Position numbers and translations under genes: made by a program
Source of the DNA: a virus
Lineage: Duplodnaviria; Caudoviricetes
Virus record (IMG/VR): IMGVR_UViG_3300025632_000005
Coordinates: 1-58,901 of that record
DNA: 58,901 bases
Reading direction: 5' to 3' (one strand)
Shown here: piece after piece, positions 1 through 8,941 of the stretch
Layout: each line of letters opens with the position of its first letter
Position numbering within the stretch: the stretch's first letter is position 1
The notes under the pieces: generated by a model
Seen by the model: the letters and a program-made list of their open reading frames with translations, nothing else
Told to the model about the DNA's origin: nothing
The model's database searches: none

Positions 1-127
1 CATACCATTTTCCTGTACTTGGTAATAATATTGATGCACCACTTCCAGTAAATGCTGAGGCAGTTGATTGTAAATTACCATTACTTAAAGTAATACTTGA
101 GTGAGTATTAAGAGGATTCATTACACA
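1..127. repeat. Terminal direct overlap with 58775-58901 (circular assembly)
   Basis: Bases 1-127 are identical to 58775-58901; 127 is a typical assembler k-mer length and the join falls mid-gene. Confidence 0.95.
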
Positions 128-934
128 AAAATTATTAGTAGGTGAGTCAGCCATTTGGTCATGTGCTGCAAGTCCACTTGTCGTAAAATCATTACCATTA
201 CCTGATTCATCGTCTCCAAGGTCAGCACTATCTCTACCATCAATATAAAAACCTTTAGTACCAAATGTTAAGCCACTTACATCTTTGGGAATCCATATCC
301 CTTCACTATTTGTTTCAGCAAAGCTAGAAGGGTCTAGTGCAGTTCCATCTATATGCACCATTTCTGCTATATATCCATCAAAACCATATGTTCCATGTGA
401 TGCAAAATAATCACCTAAATAATAAGTTGACCCATTTTGATTCCAACCTAAATCTGCATTCAAAGCTGGATAGTTAATAGTAGAAAAAGAAGTTTCTCTT
501 TGACCATTTACATACACTCTAAACCTTTCAGATGAAACTGCATTTGATGTATCTGCGACTAATACTAAATTATACCAAGCACTTGGGTCACGAAAAACTC
601 TATTTGTTCTAAAGATAGTTGATGCAGAAGCACCATCATATATGCTTAAAAAATCTCCAGCTACTCCTAAACTACCACTATCAAAACTTAGCTGAAGTCT
701 GTTGCCATCACTTTGATGACACGACCAAAGAAAAGGTGATACACTTCTTTTTGAACCTAAGACACCTATTTTAAACCAACAACTAAATGTCCAAGTTTTA
801 GTGTTACCACCAGACCCAACTGCTCTGGACATATATGCACTATCAGAAAAGTTAAACCTAATTGATTGGTCTATAGAGTATGTGGTTGTGCCAGATCCAC
901 TTGCACCCATAAGAACATTATTTTGAAATACCAT
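1..934 (-). CDS. N-terminal part of a ConA/LamG-like plus SPRY-like tail fibre or receptor-binding protein that spans the origin (934->1 joined to 58774->58257, about 483 aa)
   Basis: Manual translation from ATG 934 (GAGG RBS) gives MVFQNNVLMGASGSG...DQSIRFN...KTWTFSCWFK, in frame with the 58257..58895 ORF across the overlap. Confidence 0.8.
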   Translation of the reverse strand, partial: MVFQNNVLMGASGSGTTTYSIDQSIRFNFSDSAYMSRAVGSGGNTKTWTFSCWFKIGVLGSKRSVSPFLWSCHQSDGNRLQLSFDSGSLGVAGDFLSIYDGASASTIFRTNRVFRDPSAWYNLVLVADTSNAVSSERFRVYVNGQRETSFSTINYPALNADLGWNQNGSTYYLGDYFASHGTYGFDGYIAEMVHIDGTALDPSSFAETNSEGIWIPKDVSGLTFGTKGFYIDGRDSADLGDDESGNGNDFTTSGLAAHDQMADSPTNNFCVMNPLNTHSSITLSNGNLQSTASAFTGSGASILLPSTGKWY

Positions 935-948
935 TTATACCTCTTGTA

Positions 949-1887
949 TTATTTAACATCTAGTGATGCCGCCATATGCACACTAGAACTCGATAACACA
1001 ACGTAGTCAATACGGTCGACGGCAGAAGCTGTCGTTGTTAGTGTAGGAGCCGTACCCCCAACAAACTTGTAAGCACTATTAAATGATAAAGTTCGTGATC
1101 CAGTACCGTCCTGACGAATAAAGAAAGACCCGGTCTGCCCTTTTTGCACATTCGTTGGAGCACCTAAGTTTCTACTACCACCTAATCTAACATCAAAGTT
1201 TTGACCACTGTTGAAGTTTACCGAGATTGTTGATGCATCAGTTAATGAAACAATGTCAGCTACAGCCGACTTTGTAATTCTTAATTGTTTACCTAGTGAA
1301 TCAACAGCACTAACGGATATAGCTGTTGTTGCAAATAATTTGGTAGTATCTGTGATTGAACTTGAAATACTTGTAGCAGTCATACGAGTAGCTACGACTG
1401 CCGTAGCCGATACCGTGCCACCTACTGTAATAGGACCAACGGCACCACCTTCTGTAGATAGTGCACTTACACCTACTGGGTCAACAGCATTATGTACATT
1501 TGTTCCATCACAATAAATAAACTTTGAACCACCACGAGGGGCTATAACATTTGTTGTTGTTGCGGCTGTTTTTAATTTAACGGTATGTGTGCCACCTGTT
1601 GTTTGGTTGTCAACAACGTATAATTTTTCAACACTAGGGATCACTATAGTTGAGTTTGATCCTAATGTTCCTTCAATTCTTAATACGGCATTACGAGATT
1701 GGTCGGCTGCTCCGTTACTAGCTGTTAATGAAGTTGTTGCTCCTGTTGTACTGACAACGACGACACCACCTACGGCTTCGTCCACCATGTCAATTACTTG
1801 TTGGTTAAGACGATCACCCCAGGTATTCGCATTTTCTCCATCAGCTTGTTTTTCTAATCTAAGTCTTGTTGTATAACTACTTGGCAT
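949..1887 (-). CDS. Tail fibre proximal/anchor protein (Ser/Thr-rich)
   Basis: N-terminal LEKQADGENANTWG tail-anchor-like segment; C-terminal QDGTGSRTLSF...GGTAPTLTT...DRI module; tail gene context. Confidence 0.65.
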   Translation of the reverse strand: MPSSYTTRLRLEKQADGENANTWGDRLNQQVIDMVDEAVGGVVVVSTTGATTSLTASNGAADQSRNAVLRIEGTLGSNSTIVIPSVEKLYVVDNQTTGGTHTVKLKTAATTTNVIAPRGGSKFIYCDGTNVHNAVDPVGVSALSTEGGAVGPITVGGTVSATAVVATRMTATSISSSITDTTKLFATTAISVSAVDSLGKQLRITKSAVADIVSLTDASTISVNFNSGQNFDVRLGGSRNLGAPTNVQKGQTGSFFIRQDGTGSRTLSFNSAYKFVGGTAPTLTTTASAVDRIDYVVLSSSSVHMAASLDVK

Positions 1888-1889
1888 AA

Positions 1890-2552
1890 TTAATTACTTC
1901 CCTTTACTAATGTGTTATCACCTCCAGCTGGTGAGGCATTATTTCTCATATCATCCTGTCTTGTTCTTCTGGCTTCATTTAGTAAGTCAGTAAATGCTCG
2001 TTGGTATTCTTGTTCCCAAACTTGAGCAGCTGTATAATTTTTCATAAACATACAGGCTTCCTTCATACTAGCATAAAACAATGCATTAGAACAATATTGT
2101 GTAAAGAAATTCTCTTGATGCACAGAAGTAGCTGCTGTTGGTTGGACAATATAAGACATTTCACAATCATAGGCCGATACTGGTGTAGGTGATACTAACA
2201 GCCTATCAAATCCAAAGTTAGCATAATAACGAGGCACACCCGTACTTGTGCGTTGTGGCCAATAATCATTTAAATATTCATCAGTCTTTTGTAATAAATT
2301 AATTCGTGTGCCATTAGACTTTAAAATATTTAAGTTTTTAATTATTAATGTGTTTAATGGTTTAGTTAAAAATGGATCACCAATAACCATGTTTGATGTT
2401 GCATACTGTACAACACCATATGAATCTATTTCTCTTGTAAGCCTTCCTTCGGCTCTTTCAATAAAAGCTGGTATGTCTCCTACAAACTCTGTGCTTGTGT
2501 CTTCACTTGTCGTCTTAATTCTATTTATCAATTGATTGTATGTTATGCTCAT
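1890..2552 (-). CDS. Head-tail adaptor / tail structural protein
   Basis: FIERAEGRL, GVPRYYA, SPTP and ALFYASMKEA pattern typical of podophage adaptor-like proteins; context. Confidence 0.6.
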   Translation of the reverse strand: MSITYNQLINRIKTTSEDTSTEFVGDIPAFIERAEGRLTREIDSYGVVQYATSNMVIGDPFLTKPLNTLIIKNLNILKSNGTRINLLQKTDEYLNDYWPQRTSTGVPRYYANFGFDRLLVSPTPVSAYDCEMSYIVQPTAATSVHQENFFTQYCSNALFYASMKEACMFMKNYTAAQVWEQEYQRAFTDLLNEARRTRQDDMRNNASPAGGDNTLVKGSN

Positions 2553-3523
2553 ATTCGTTTAGCCTTCCACGTTTCGTTTGTTCCTCCAAAAACTTTAGGT
2601 GTCCAGATACCTCTAACTCTTGTTCTAAATTTAGCACTAACTCCTGTTAGTACCAAGTTACCATCACCATTAATATTTGGAGAAATAACTCTCGTTCTAA
2701 TTAATGGTTGGAAGTTTGTTTTTCCACCCATGCCTGCGTGTATACTACACTGATAGTATAATGTAGTTGGACCATCATTCGCAACAAATATTTGTGTGTA
2801 AGCCCCAGCATTACCCGGAGTTCCTATAGTCTGTACATTTGTTGTAAAAGGTATAGTTCTACCTTCATCTAAATAAAATCGTAAAGGGTGTCCACTATTA
2901 GAACTATCAGATTGATCAAAGGTAAACAGTGCACGATCTTTGACTAAATTTAAACCATACTGTTGTCTGCCATCTATAAAGTATTTATTACTACCACCTA
3001 CACTTACAACTGTTACTTTAAATGTTTTACCACCATTGTATATTACTGGGTTAGCTCCAGCTTGTGAGCTTTCGTTACCTGTGTCAAATTCACTTGTTAC
3101 TCCAGTAACATCAACATCAATACCTGCTTTAATAAAAGGAGTTCCAAGACTAAATGATCCGATGACTTGGGACGGAATAACTTTTGGACTACTTGTAATA
3201 GTTGAACTACGAAGTGTAGTTACTAATGCTACCCCTGTAACATTATGTGTTTTAATAACTTCAACAGTTGCTGATCGTAAACTAAACCCTATACTTAATC
3301 TTGTTAGTGTTAAGTTAGCATTAGCTGCTGTAGTTACATTACGAAGAGATAAATTTATTCCTGCGTTAGTTACAAAAGCCGTGCCTGGAATAGTTACTTC
3401 TACAGAACGAAGAGCAGTAGATAGAGAAACTCCTGTTACAGTAACCGATTGATCTACAACACTACGGTTCCATGCACCTGAGTTCCAAGTATTTCTACTG
3501 TATCCACTAGTAACCACAGACAT
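2549..3523 (-). CDS. Ser/Thr/Val-rich virion protein with an inserted cupredoxin-like domain
   Basis: VTGVS-type repeats flank HPLRF...TLYYQCSIHAGMGG (H, C-x2-H-x2-M type-1 copper ligand pattern). Confidence 0.6.
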   Translation of the reverse strand: MSVVTSGYSRNTWNSGAWNRSVVDQSVTVTGVSLSTALRSVEVTIPGTAFVTNAGINLSLRNVTTAANANLTLTRLSIGFSLRSATVEVIKTHNVTGVALVTTLRSSTITSSPKVIPSQVIGSFSLGTPFIKAGIDVDVTGVTSEFDTGNESSQAGANPVIYNGGKTFKVTVVSVGGSNKYFIDGRQQYGLNLVKDRALFTFDQSDSSNSGHPLRFYLDEGRTIPFTTNVQTIGTPGNAGAYTQIFVANDGPTTLYYQCSIHAGMGGKTNFQPLIRTRVISPNINGDGNLVLTGVSAKFRTRVRGIWTPKVFGGTNETWKAKRI

Positions 3524-3539
3524 AGACGATTAACCTCGA

Positions 3540-3977
3540 CTATGAAAGTGTGATAATAGCAGTGGCAGCAGCAGCAGCTGGGAATGAAATTGTAAAGGTA
3601 CCGTTAGTCGATACTTTATCAGACCCAAAGTCTAAAACAGCAATAGCTTTATTACTATTAGATGAATTATATATTAATGCTCCTCTAGCTGAGAATGTTG
3701 TACTTGTAAAAGATATATCAGCAAAATCAATAATTGCTGTTCCACCTGCAGCAGATGTTGCGCCAAGTGAAATAGTCACACCAGTTAGTGTGCCTCCACC
3801 AGGAGCATATCCACCACTTGATACAACTTCATTAGACGTTGAGTACGTAGCCGTACCCGCAGATAATGAAGCCACACTTGTGAATAAAGCTATCTTTAAG
3901 GTATCAGTTTTAATCTGATGCCCTTCTTGTAAAACTTCTGACTTAAAGGAATTACATACAGCTTGTGTAATGGCCAT
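3540..3977 (-). CDS. Virion structural (tail) protein
   Basis: MAITQAVCNSFK...LKIALFT...GY..GG..L...ARGALIYN, a conserved phage structural pattern. Confidence 0.6.
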   Translation of the reverse strand: MAITQAVCNSFKSEVLQEGHQIKTDTLKIALFTSVASLSAGTATYSTSNEVVSSGGYAPGGGTLTGVTISLGATSAAGGTAIIDFADISFTSTTFSARGALIYNSSNSNKAIAVLDFGSDKVSTNGTFTISFPAAAAATAIITLS

Positions 3978-3979
3978 TT

Positions 3980-4249
3980 TTAGTTACCTCTCTTTGTAAA
4001 TGTTGAATCATCAGGACTCCACCCAGCATCACCAGTTGTAGCTAGTACGACTTCTGGACGTGCATCCCTCAAGTTTTCATTGTCATCAATTCTTGGAGTC
4101 TTGTTCTGCGGATGATCTATAATATTATATCGACCATCTGTTTCCGAAGCTCCAACAATTAATCCTGTCGGCTCTCTGACTCTTTCAGAATATTTAAATC
4201 TAAATCCTGAACGGTCACAGATAAAGTATGCATACTTACCTCTTGCCAT
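3980..4249 (-). CDS. Conserved phage protein (CDRSGFRF motif)
   Basis: ORF coupled to neighbours; GAGG RBS for the next gene lies at its end. Confidence 0.6.
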   Translation of the reverse strand: MARGKYAYFICDRSGFRFKYSERVREPTGLIVGASETDGRYNIIDHPQNKTPRIDDNENLRDARPEVVLATTGDAGWSPDDSTFTKRGN

Positions 4250-4941
4250 TATAACCTAAATGATGGCTTAATCAAAAGACTAGCCCTTTCTTTATCAGCA
4301 TACATTGCTGAGGTTAGTTCTTCTTCATACATCTGTTTTAACATACTAGCTCGTTCTGATGTAATGCCTGGTCTTTTGATAGACATCTTATAGGCAAGAC
4401 CAGTTGATAAGCACGGTAAGAATCTAAATGGTATGTCTGCATCTTGATTAGATTTGGTTATATCTTCTACTTTATTAAAACTAAAGTATGATAATAATGG
4501 TGTGCCACCTGTAGTCGTAGCATCTGGAGTAGGCCACAAATATAATTCTGCTGCATCTCTTAGTCTGTTTATAGCATACTGTGTTGGTCTACCCGTTTGT
4601 GTTTTGTTTGTGATTCTTTGATAAGATTCCATTGTTATTCTTGTTAAAGCTAAATCTGTAGTTGTTGAACCACTAACTGTTCTATGTACTAATTCAGTTA
4701 TATCTATAAGTGAAGTGGGTAATGTATATTCAGCTGTACCGCTTGTAATATCTAATGTAGCAATGTTTTGTTTCCATAGTAATATACCACGGTTCATCCA
4801 ATCGATAAGGAGAAGATTAAGTGTACGTCGTGCCTCTAGTGGTTCAAACCCTAGAGTCTGTTCGCCACCTAACATAGACATAGCTTCTTCAATTACGTCA
4901 GCTATATCTAGATTGAATGTTGTTGTGCCTGAAGTTGTCAT
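4249..4941 (-). CDS. Head-tail connector / tail tubular protein A-like
   Basis: MTTSGTTTFNLDI...ARRTLNLL..DW.NRG...GRPTQY...LWPTPD; position in the structural module. Confidence 0.65.
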   Translation of the reverse strand: MTTSGTTTFNLDIADVIEEAMSMLGGEQTLGFEPLEARRTLNLLLIDWMNRGILLWKQNIATLDITSGTAEYTLPTSLIDITELVHRTVSGSTTTDLALTRITMESYQRITNKTQTGRPTQYAINRLRDAAELYLWPTPDATTTGGTPLLSYFSFNKVEDITKSNQDADIPFRFLPCLSTGLAYKMSIKRPGITSERASMLKQMYEEELTSAMYADKERASLLIKPSFRL

Positions 4942-4943
4942 AA

Positions 4944-5213
4944 TTACCTATCGTCGAAGTCAGTTCCGTATGATGGGTTGACCATACCACCAGCCATGTA
5001 GTTTTTCTTAGCTGGATCTGGTCTACCAGTAATATCTTTTAAACGTATAGGAACTCCAGATGCTCCACTACCTTTTCTTTTTTTAACTTTTTCTTTAGCT
5101 TTTTTAAAATCTTCTTTTGTTATATATGCATCAGTTGGCTTTTCATCATACTTCTTACCTTTAAAGGTTCCAATTCTACCAGTTAGCATTGGTTTTTTGT
5201 TTTTATCTGTCAT
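4944..5213 (-). CDS. Small basic protein with C-terminal GG...FDDR motif (paralog of next gene)
   Basis: Start revised to ATG 5213 (GGAGG RBS); ends YMAGGMVNPSYGTDFDDR. Confidence 0.65.
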   Translation of the reverse strand: MTDKNKKPMLTGRIGTFKGKKYDEKPTDAYITKEDFKKAKEKVKKRKGSGASGVPIRLKDITGRPDPAKKNYMAGGMVNPSYGTDFDDR

Positions 5214-5544
5214 CGAACTCTCCTCCAAATAATGGGTTGACTGTTCCTCCAGTAAAGAATTTACTTTTAACTTTACCACCACTAGCTTTAGAATCTTTCT
5301 TTTTCGTTCTTTCTTTTTCTAATTCTTTTGCTCTTTCCATAAACATATCCCGACCAAAAATTTCATTATATGCCTCGGCTGTTTTGTCAACTAATTCTCC
5401 CTCTTCTAAACCAATAGCTTTAGTAATTTTATTTTCATTACCGATTGCTTTGTGAAATTTTCTAACTAGTTTTTCTTTAATATTTGGTTTTCGTTTATAT
5501 TTAAATTTTTTAGTTTCTTCACTCATTTCTTTTTCTTTCCCCAT
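5203..5544 (-). CDS. Small basic protein with C-terminal GG...FDDR motif
   Basis: Ends FFTGGTVNPLFGGEFDDR; start may be 5526. Confidence 0.65.
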   Translation of the reverse strand: MGKEKEMSEETKKFKYKRKPNIKEKLVRKFHKAIGNENKITKAIGLEEGELVDKTAEAYNEIFGRDMFMERAKELEKERTKKKDSKASGGKVKSKFFTGGTVNPLFGGEFDDR

Positions 5545-6194
5545 TCATATAGGTTATCAAATGTTGTTTCCCAGTCCATATAACTATCGTGTTGTTCTGC
5601 GGAGTGTTCCCACTGTGACGGTACAAAGTCTGGTGGTCCTTCTCCAACTGCCCATAGCGCAGGATTGGTTACACGTACACGATTGTTTGGTAATGCTACT
5701 ATACATCCTTTATAAGGACCTGATGTTAATTCCAACACATGCGATTGTTTATGTTGTGCTGGATCATCCGATATATAACTGTCAGTATAATCAACCGTAA
5801 ACATGTACTTACCATTATAAAACTCACCTGCTAGTTTACACAACCACGGACTAGAACTAATTCGATCCATTCTAATGATAGCATGGTTACGACTAGAACA
5901 GTCCCACGGCTGTGCTAAATGTGTTTGTATATTTGGTGGCCATTCGTCGAAAGGAGTATCACCGACAAGTGCAGTTATAGGCATACGTGCCCACATTGCG
6001 CCACCGTGAGGATTGGGATGGTCTTCACCACATCCTGTAAATACAACTTGAAAACTCAAACATCTGTCTGGAATAGTGCACACGGCAAAAGCTAATGCAT
6101 GAAGAAACTCACCTTGATATTCCTCATGATTATGTGTGAACTCTTTCCTCACCCAACACTTAAAGTGTGGGATATTAGAAATCGTATACGACAC
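5523..6194 (-). CDS. Conserved phage protein of unknown function (Cys/His/Trp-rich, enzyme-like)
   Basis: 223-aa globular-looking ORF with QPWDC, HKQSH and PNNRV segments. Confidence 0.7.
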   Translation of the reverse strand: MSYTISNIPHFKCWVRKEFTHNHEEYQGEFLHALAFAVCTIPDRCLSFQVVFTGCGEDHPNPHGGAMWARMPITALVGDTPFDEWPPNIQTHLAQPWDCSSRNHAIIRMDRISSSPWLCKLAGEFYNGKYMFTVDYTDSYISDDPAQHKQSHVLELTSGPYKGCIVALPNNRVRVTNPALWAVGEGPPDFVPSQWEHSAEQHDSYMDWETTFDNLYEWGKKKK

Positions 6195-6397
6195 TACTTG
6201 GCTCTACCACCTCTTGCCATATACTTGGAAGTTTTACCACCTTTAGCCATGTACTTAGATGTTTTACCTCCACCCTTCATTCTGTATTTGGAAGTCTTAC
6301 CTCCACCAGCCATTTTCTTTGGTCCTTTCATCATAGCTTTTAACTTTTTGTTTTCAGCCATGAGCTTTTTCATTTTAGTTTCCATTGCTTTACTCAT
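6194..6397 (-). CDS. Very basic small protein with tandem GGKTSKY repeats
   Basis: MAGGGKTSKY-RMKGGGKTSKY-MAKGGKTSKY-MARGG; GGAG RBS. Confidence 0.7.
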   Translation of the reverse strand: MSKAMETKMKKLMAENKKLKAMMKGPKKMAGGGKTSKYRMKGGGKTSKYMAKGGKTSKYMARGGRAK

Positions 6398-6412
6398 TTT
6401 ACTTACTCCTTA

Positions 6413-6880
6413 TTATAGATTGGTTAACACATATACTTCGAAAGCTACGGCTGCCAATCCGATCAACCCAGCTCCGATTCCTATTATAATATTCTTTCTT
6501 CGTTTTTGCATCTGTATTTTTTGTTTTAATAGTGTTGCCTGTCTCTTTCTTTCAAATGCAATTTCTTTTTGTAGTCTCTCCCACTGTCCTGGAGAACCAT
6601 ACAATGCAAACATTTCTCTCATTTGATCTCGTATTCTCTTTGCCTCTTCATTTCTAAAGTGTGCATCAATAGCATTCTGTTCTGTTCCAGTTAGTTTACC
6701 AAGAACTTTACCTAATCCACTTGATTTATTACTAGCCACAACTTGTAAACCAGCTTCGGCCTTTGCCCATTTCGACACAGTGCTTGACATATTAGCTAAA
6801 TCCTTACCAGCTTTAATAGCTTTGGTTATAGCATCAGTAGCGCCTTTTAGTGCGGCGAAAGCTGTGAATGGGTCTATCAT
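6413..6880 (-). CDS. Conserved phage protein with C-terminal transmembrane helix
   Basis: MIDPFTAFAA start, coiled coil, basic patch then a hydrophobic C-terminal segment. Confidence 0.65.
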   Translation of the reverse strand: MIDPFTAFAALKGATDAITKAIKAGKDLANMSSTVSKWAKAEAGLQVVASNKSSGLGKVLGKLTGTEQNAIDAHFRNEEAKRIRDQMREMFALYGSPGQWERLQKEIAFERKRQATLLKQKIQMQKRRKNIIIGIGAGLIGLAAVAFEVYVLTNL

Positions 6881-6886
6881 CGTCGT

Positions 6887-7162
6887 CTATGCCTTTCTTT
6901 TTGTTTTAACCTTTTGTTTCTTACCACTAGCGCTAATCGGATATCTTATCGATGTAGGTTTTGGTCCAATATTAGTCTTGGCTCTTTTTCTTTTAACTGC
7001 CGAAGATTTCTGTCCAGCAGACATTTTGTTAGCAACTGCCTTTGGACGACAGACTGGATACTTTCTTTTTGACGACTTAGCTGATTTACGACCACATTTT
7101 TTACCAGTAGATATATCAACCCAATCTTCTTTAAACCAAGTCTTTAAACCTTTCTTAGCCAT
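6887..7162 (-). CDS. Small Lys/Arg-rich protein
   Basis: WFKEDWVDI...KCGR...YPVCRP; very basic. Confidence 0.7.
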   Translation of the reverse strand: MAKKGLKTWFKEDWVDISTGKKCGRKSAKSSKRKYPVCRPKAVANKMSAGQKSSAVKRKRAKTNIGPKPTSIRYPISASGKKQKVKTKRKA

Positions 7163-7253
7163 TCTTTTTCTTTAAGTTATATTTATTAGGAACCTTTCCA
7201 TAACCAACAACTCTGTCCCATTCTCTTTGTGTGTAATAATTTTTTTCAGTCAT
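7155..7253 (-). CDS. Small protein not in the ORF track (32 aa)
   Basis: MTEKNYYTQREWDRVVGYGKVPNKYNLKKKNG; fills the gap and abuts or overlaps its neighbours. Confidence 0.55.
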   Translation of the reverse strand: MTEKNYYTQREWDRVVGYGKVPNKYNLKKKNG

Positions 7254-7254
7254 A

Positions 7255-7512
7255 CTATCTATACTTAGTTACTTTTCGACGGTTGTTCATAACTTTACCA
7301 CAACCACGAGCTATGCCACCATTCTTTAATTTAATCTTACCACCACCAGCTTTACTAGGCTTTGGTCCTTTAAAATCTTTTCTCTTCTTACCACTAGGAT
7401 CTTTTATCTTACCCGCACATATCTTTGACGCATATGCATTTGCATAAGCTGAGGGATATACTGCAAACTTACGTTTAGCAGCAGCTTTACCTCTAGGACA
7501 TAACTTTGTCAT
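7255..7512 (-). CDS. Small Lys/Arg-rich protein
   Basis: LCPRGKAAAKRKF.VYPSAYAN...LKNGGIARGCG. Confidence 0.7.
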   Translation of the reverse strand: MTKLCPRGKAAAKRKFAVYPSAYANAYASKICAGKIKDPSGKKRKDFKGPKPSKAGGGKIKLKNGGIARGCGKVMNNRRKVTKYR

Positions 7513-7618
7513 ACTTGTATCCCCATCTGTTTTCTGATAAATCCCAAACTCTTTTAGTGGCCTTTGGAATCTTAACTAATAATTTATTAAACTTTACGAC
7601 GTTTTTTGTTACTTGCAT
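7493..7618 (-). CDS. Small protein not in the ORF track (41 aa)
   Basis: GGAGG RBS; MQVTKNVVKFNKLLVKIPKATKRVWDLSENRWGYKYDKVMS. Confidence 0.55.
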   Translation of the reverse strand: MQVTKNVVKFNKLLVKIPKATKRVWDLSENRWGYKYDKVMS

Positions 7619-7691
7619 ACTTCCTCCGTTTCTTTGGTTTACTCGGTGGTTTTGTTATTTGTTGTCCTATATTAGCACGACTTATTACCAT
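7587..7691 (-). CDS. Small basic peptide not in the ORF track (34 aa), N-terminus resembles the major capsid protein N-terminus
   Basis: MVISRANIGQQITKPPSKPKKRRKYASNKKRRKV. Confidence 0.55.
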   Translation of the reverse strand: MVISRANIGQQITKPPSKPKKRRKYASNKKRRKV

Positions 7692-7697
7692 AACTCA

Positions 7698-8588
7698 TTA
7701 TATACCACGAGGTTCATAATTACCATAGGGATTTGAAGCTATTATTGATCCACCTTCTTTGTATCCAAAATGGGATGCAATATCTTTAACAAAAGTTCTA
7801 TTAGGTATAAATGTTTTTTGAGTATACATTGGTTTGCCAGTCTTTGGAGAAGTTCCCTCATATTGTCTGACTATGATACGTTCAGCTCTTTGGTATTCAC
7901 TGCCTTTACCTTTACTAGGCACTGACTCATAAACGATAGACTCTTTACCACCTTTACCAAAGGGTTCTAATTTAGGATCAATTAAATCTTTTTTTGATCC
8001 AGGAACTATAGAACCATCCAAATACTCTAAATATTTTTCTAAACTTTTTCCGTCTAATGTTTCATAAGGATGTAAACCACCTGTAATATAATCCTCTGGA
8101 TCAACATAACCATACTTATCATCTAATTGATCAAGCATTTGTTCTTTTTTCATCTGTCTTGTGATAGCTTCTTGTTCTCTTAATTTTTTATCTTCTATTA
8201 ATTTAACTTCTTTAGTTTTATCAGGTAGCTGTAAAGGCACATCCCTATCATCAGTTAAACGTAAAGGAGAGTCCCCAATACCTTGAATTGGTTTTTTTGA
8301 AAAGTTTTTAGCTAAAGATTTTAAAGCTCGTGGTGCAAGACCGACGGCTGGAATAGCCCCTAGTGCTGATAATAAATATAAAGCTGCATTACCAGAGGCA
8401 TCAAGATAATCTCCTGATTCTAAATCTTCTTTTGTTTTTTCATAATACTCAGGTATATCAGCTAATGATTTAGCCTCTCCTGTAATCGGAGATAATTCAT
8501 AAGCTAAACCTAAACCCGATGGTTGTTTTTCTACAAACTCTTTGTAGTCTTTTAATGGTGTAATACCTTTATTTGTTTCTTCAGCCAT
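7698..8588 (-). CDS. Hypothetical protein, possible internal virion protein
   Basis: 296-aa ORF with hydrophobic LSALGAIPAVG segment and C-terminal YKEGGSI..NPYG motif. Confidence 0.65.
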   Translation of the reverse strand: MAEETNKGITPLKDYKEFVEKQPSGLGLAYELSPITGEAKSLADIPEYYEKTKEDLESGDYLDASGNAALYLLSALGAIPAVGLAPRALKSLAKNFSKKPIQGIGDSPLRLTDDRDVPLQLPDKTKEVKLIEDKKLREQEAITRQMKKEQMLDQLDDKYGYVDPEDYITGGLHPYETLDGKSLEKYLEYLDGSIVPGSKKDLIDPKLEPFGKGGKESIVYESVPSKGKGSEYQRAERIIVRQYEGTSPKTGKPMYTQKTFIPNRTFVKDIASHFGYKEGGSIIASNPYGNYEPRGI

Positions 8589-8589
8589 A

Positions 8590-8811
8590 TTAAATACCTA
8601 TAAGTATCTTTGCAATCACAGCCGATGCTCCAGATTGCATGACTATGGTAGCACACACAGCCCCGACAACTAACCACTTAACTTGAAATATAGACCGTTT
8701 TACACAACCCATATCTTCTTTTAACTCAGATACATCTTCACGAAGTTGTGCTTCTCTTTCAATGTGACGAGTTAACTCAAGTTTAATATCAGTTAATTCT
8801 TTGTTAGTCAT
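8590..8811 (-). CDS. Coiled-coil plus C-terminal TM protein (holin/XhlA-like candidate)
   Basis: Start revised to MTNKEL; heptad region followed by WLVVGAVCATIV. Confidence 0.55.
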   Translation of the reverse strand: MTNKELTDIKLELTRHIEREAQLREDVSELKEDMGCVKRSIFQVKWLVVGAVCATIVMQSGASAVIAKILIGI

Positions 8812-8812
8812 T

Positions 8813-8941
8813 CTAGAATACCCAGCACCATACCAGTAAACCTGCAAAAATAGCAATGATAACATCTTTCTTACATTTATGTGGCCAATACTCTATACAC
8901 TTTTCTTTAATCTTCATCCATATCATTTTAATATCTAACAT
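8813..8941 (-). CDS. Small membrane protein not in the ORF track (42 aa)
   Basis: AGGAGG RBS; MLDIKMIWMKIKEKCIEYWPHKCKKDVIIAIFAGLLVWCWVF. Confidence 0.5.
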   Translation of the reverse strand: MLDIKMIWMKIKEKCIEYWPHKCKKDVIIAIFAGLLVWCWVF

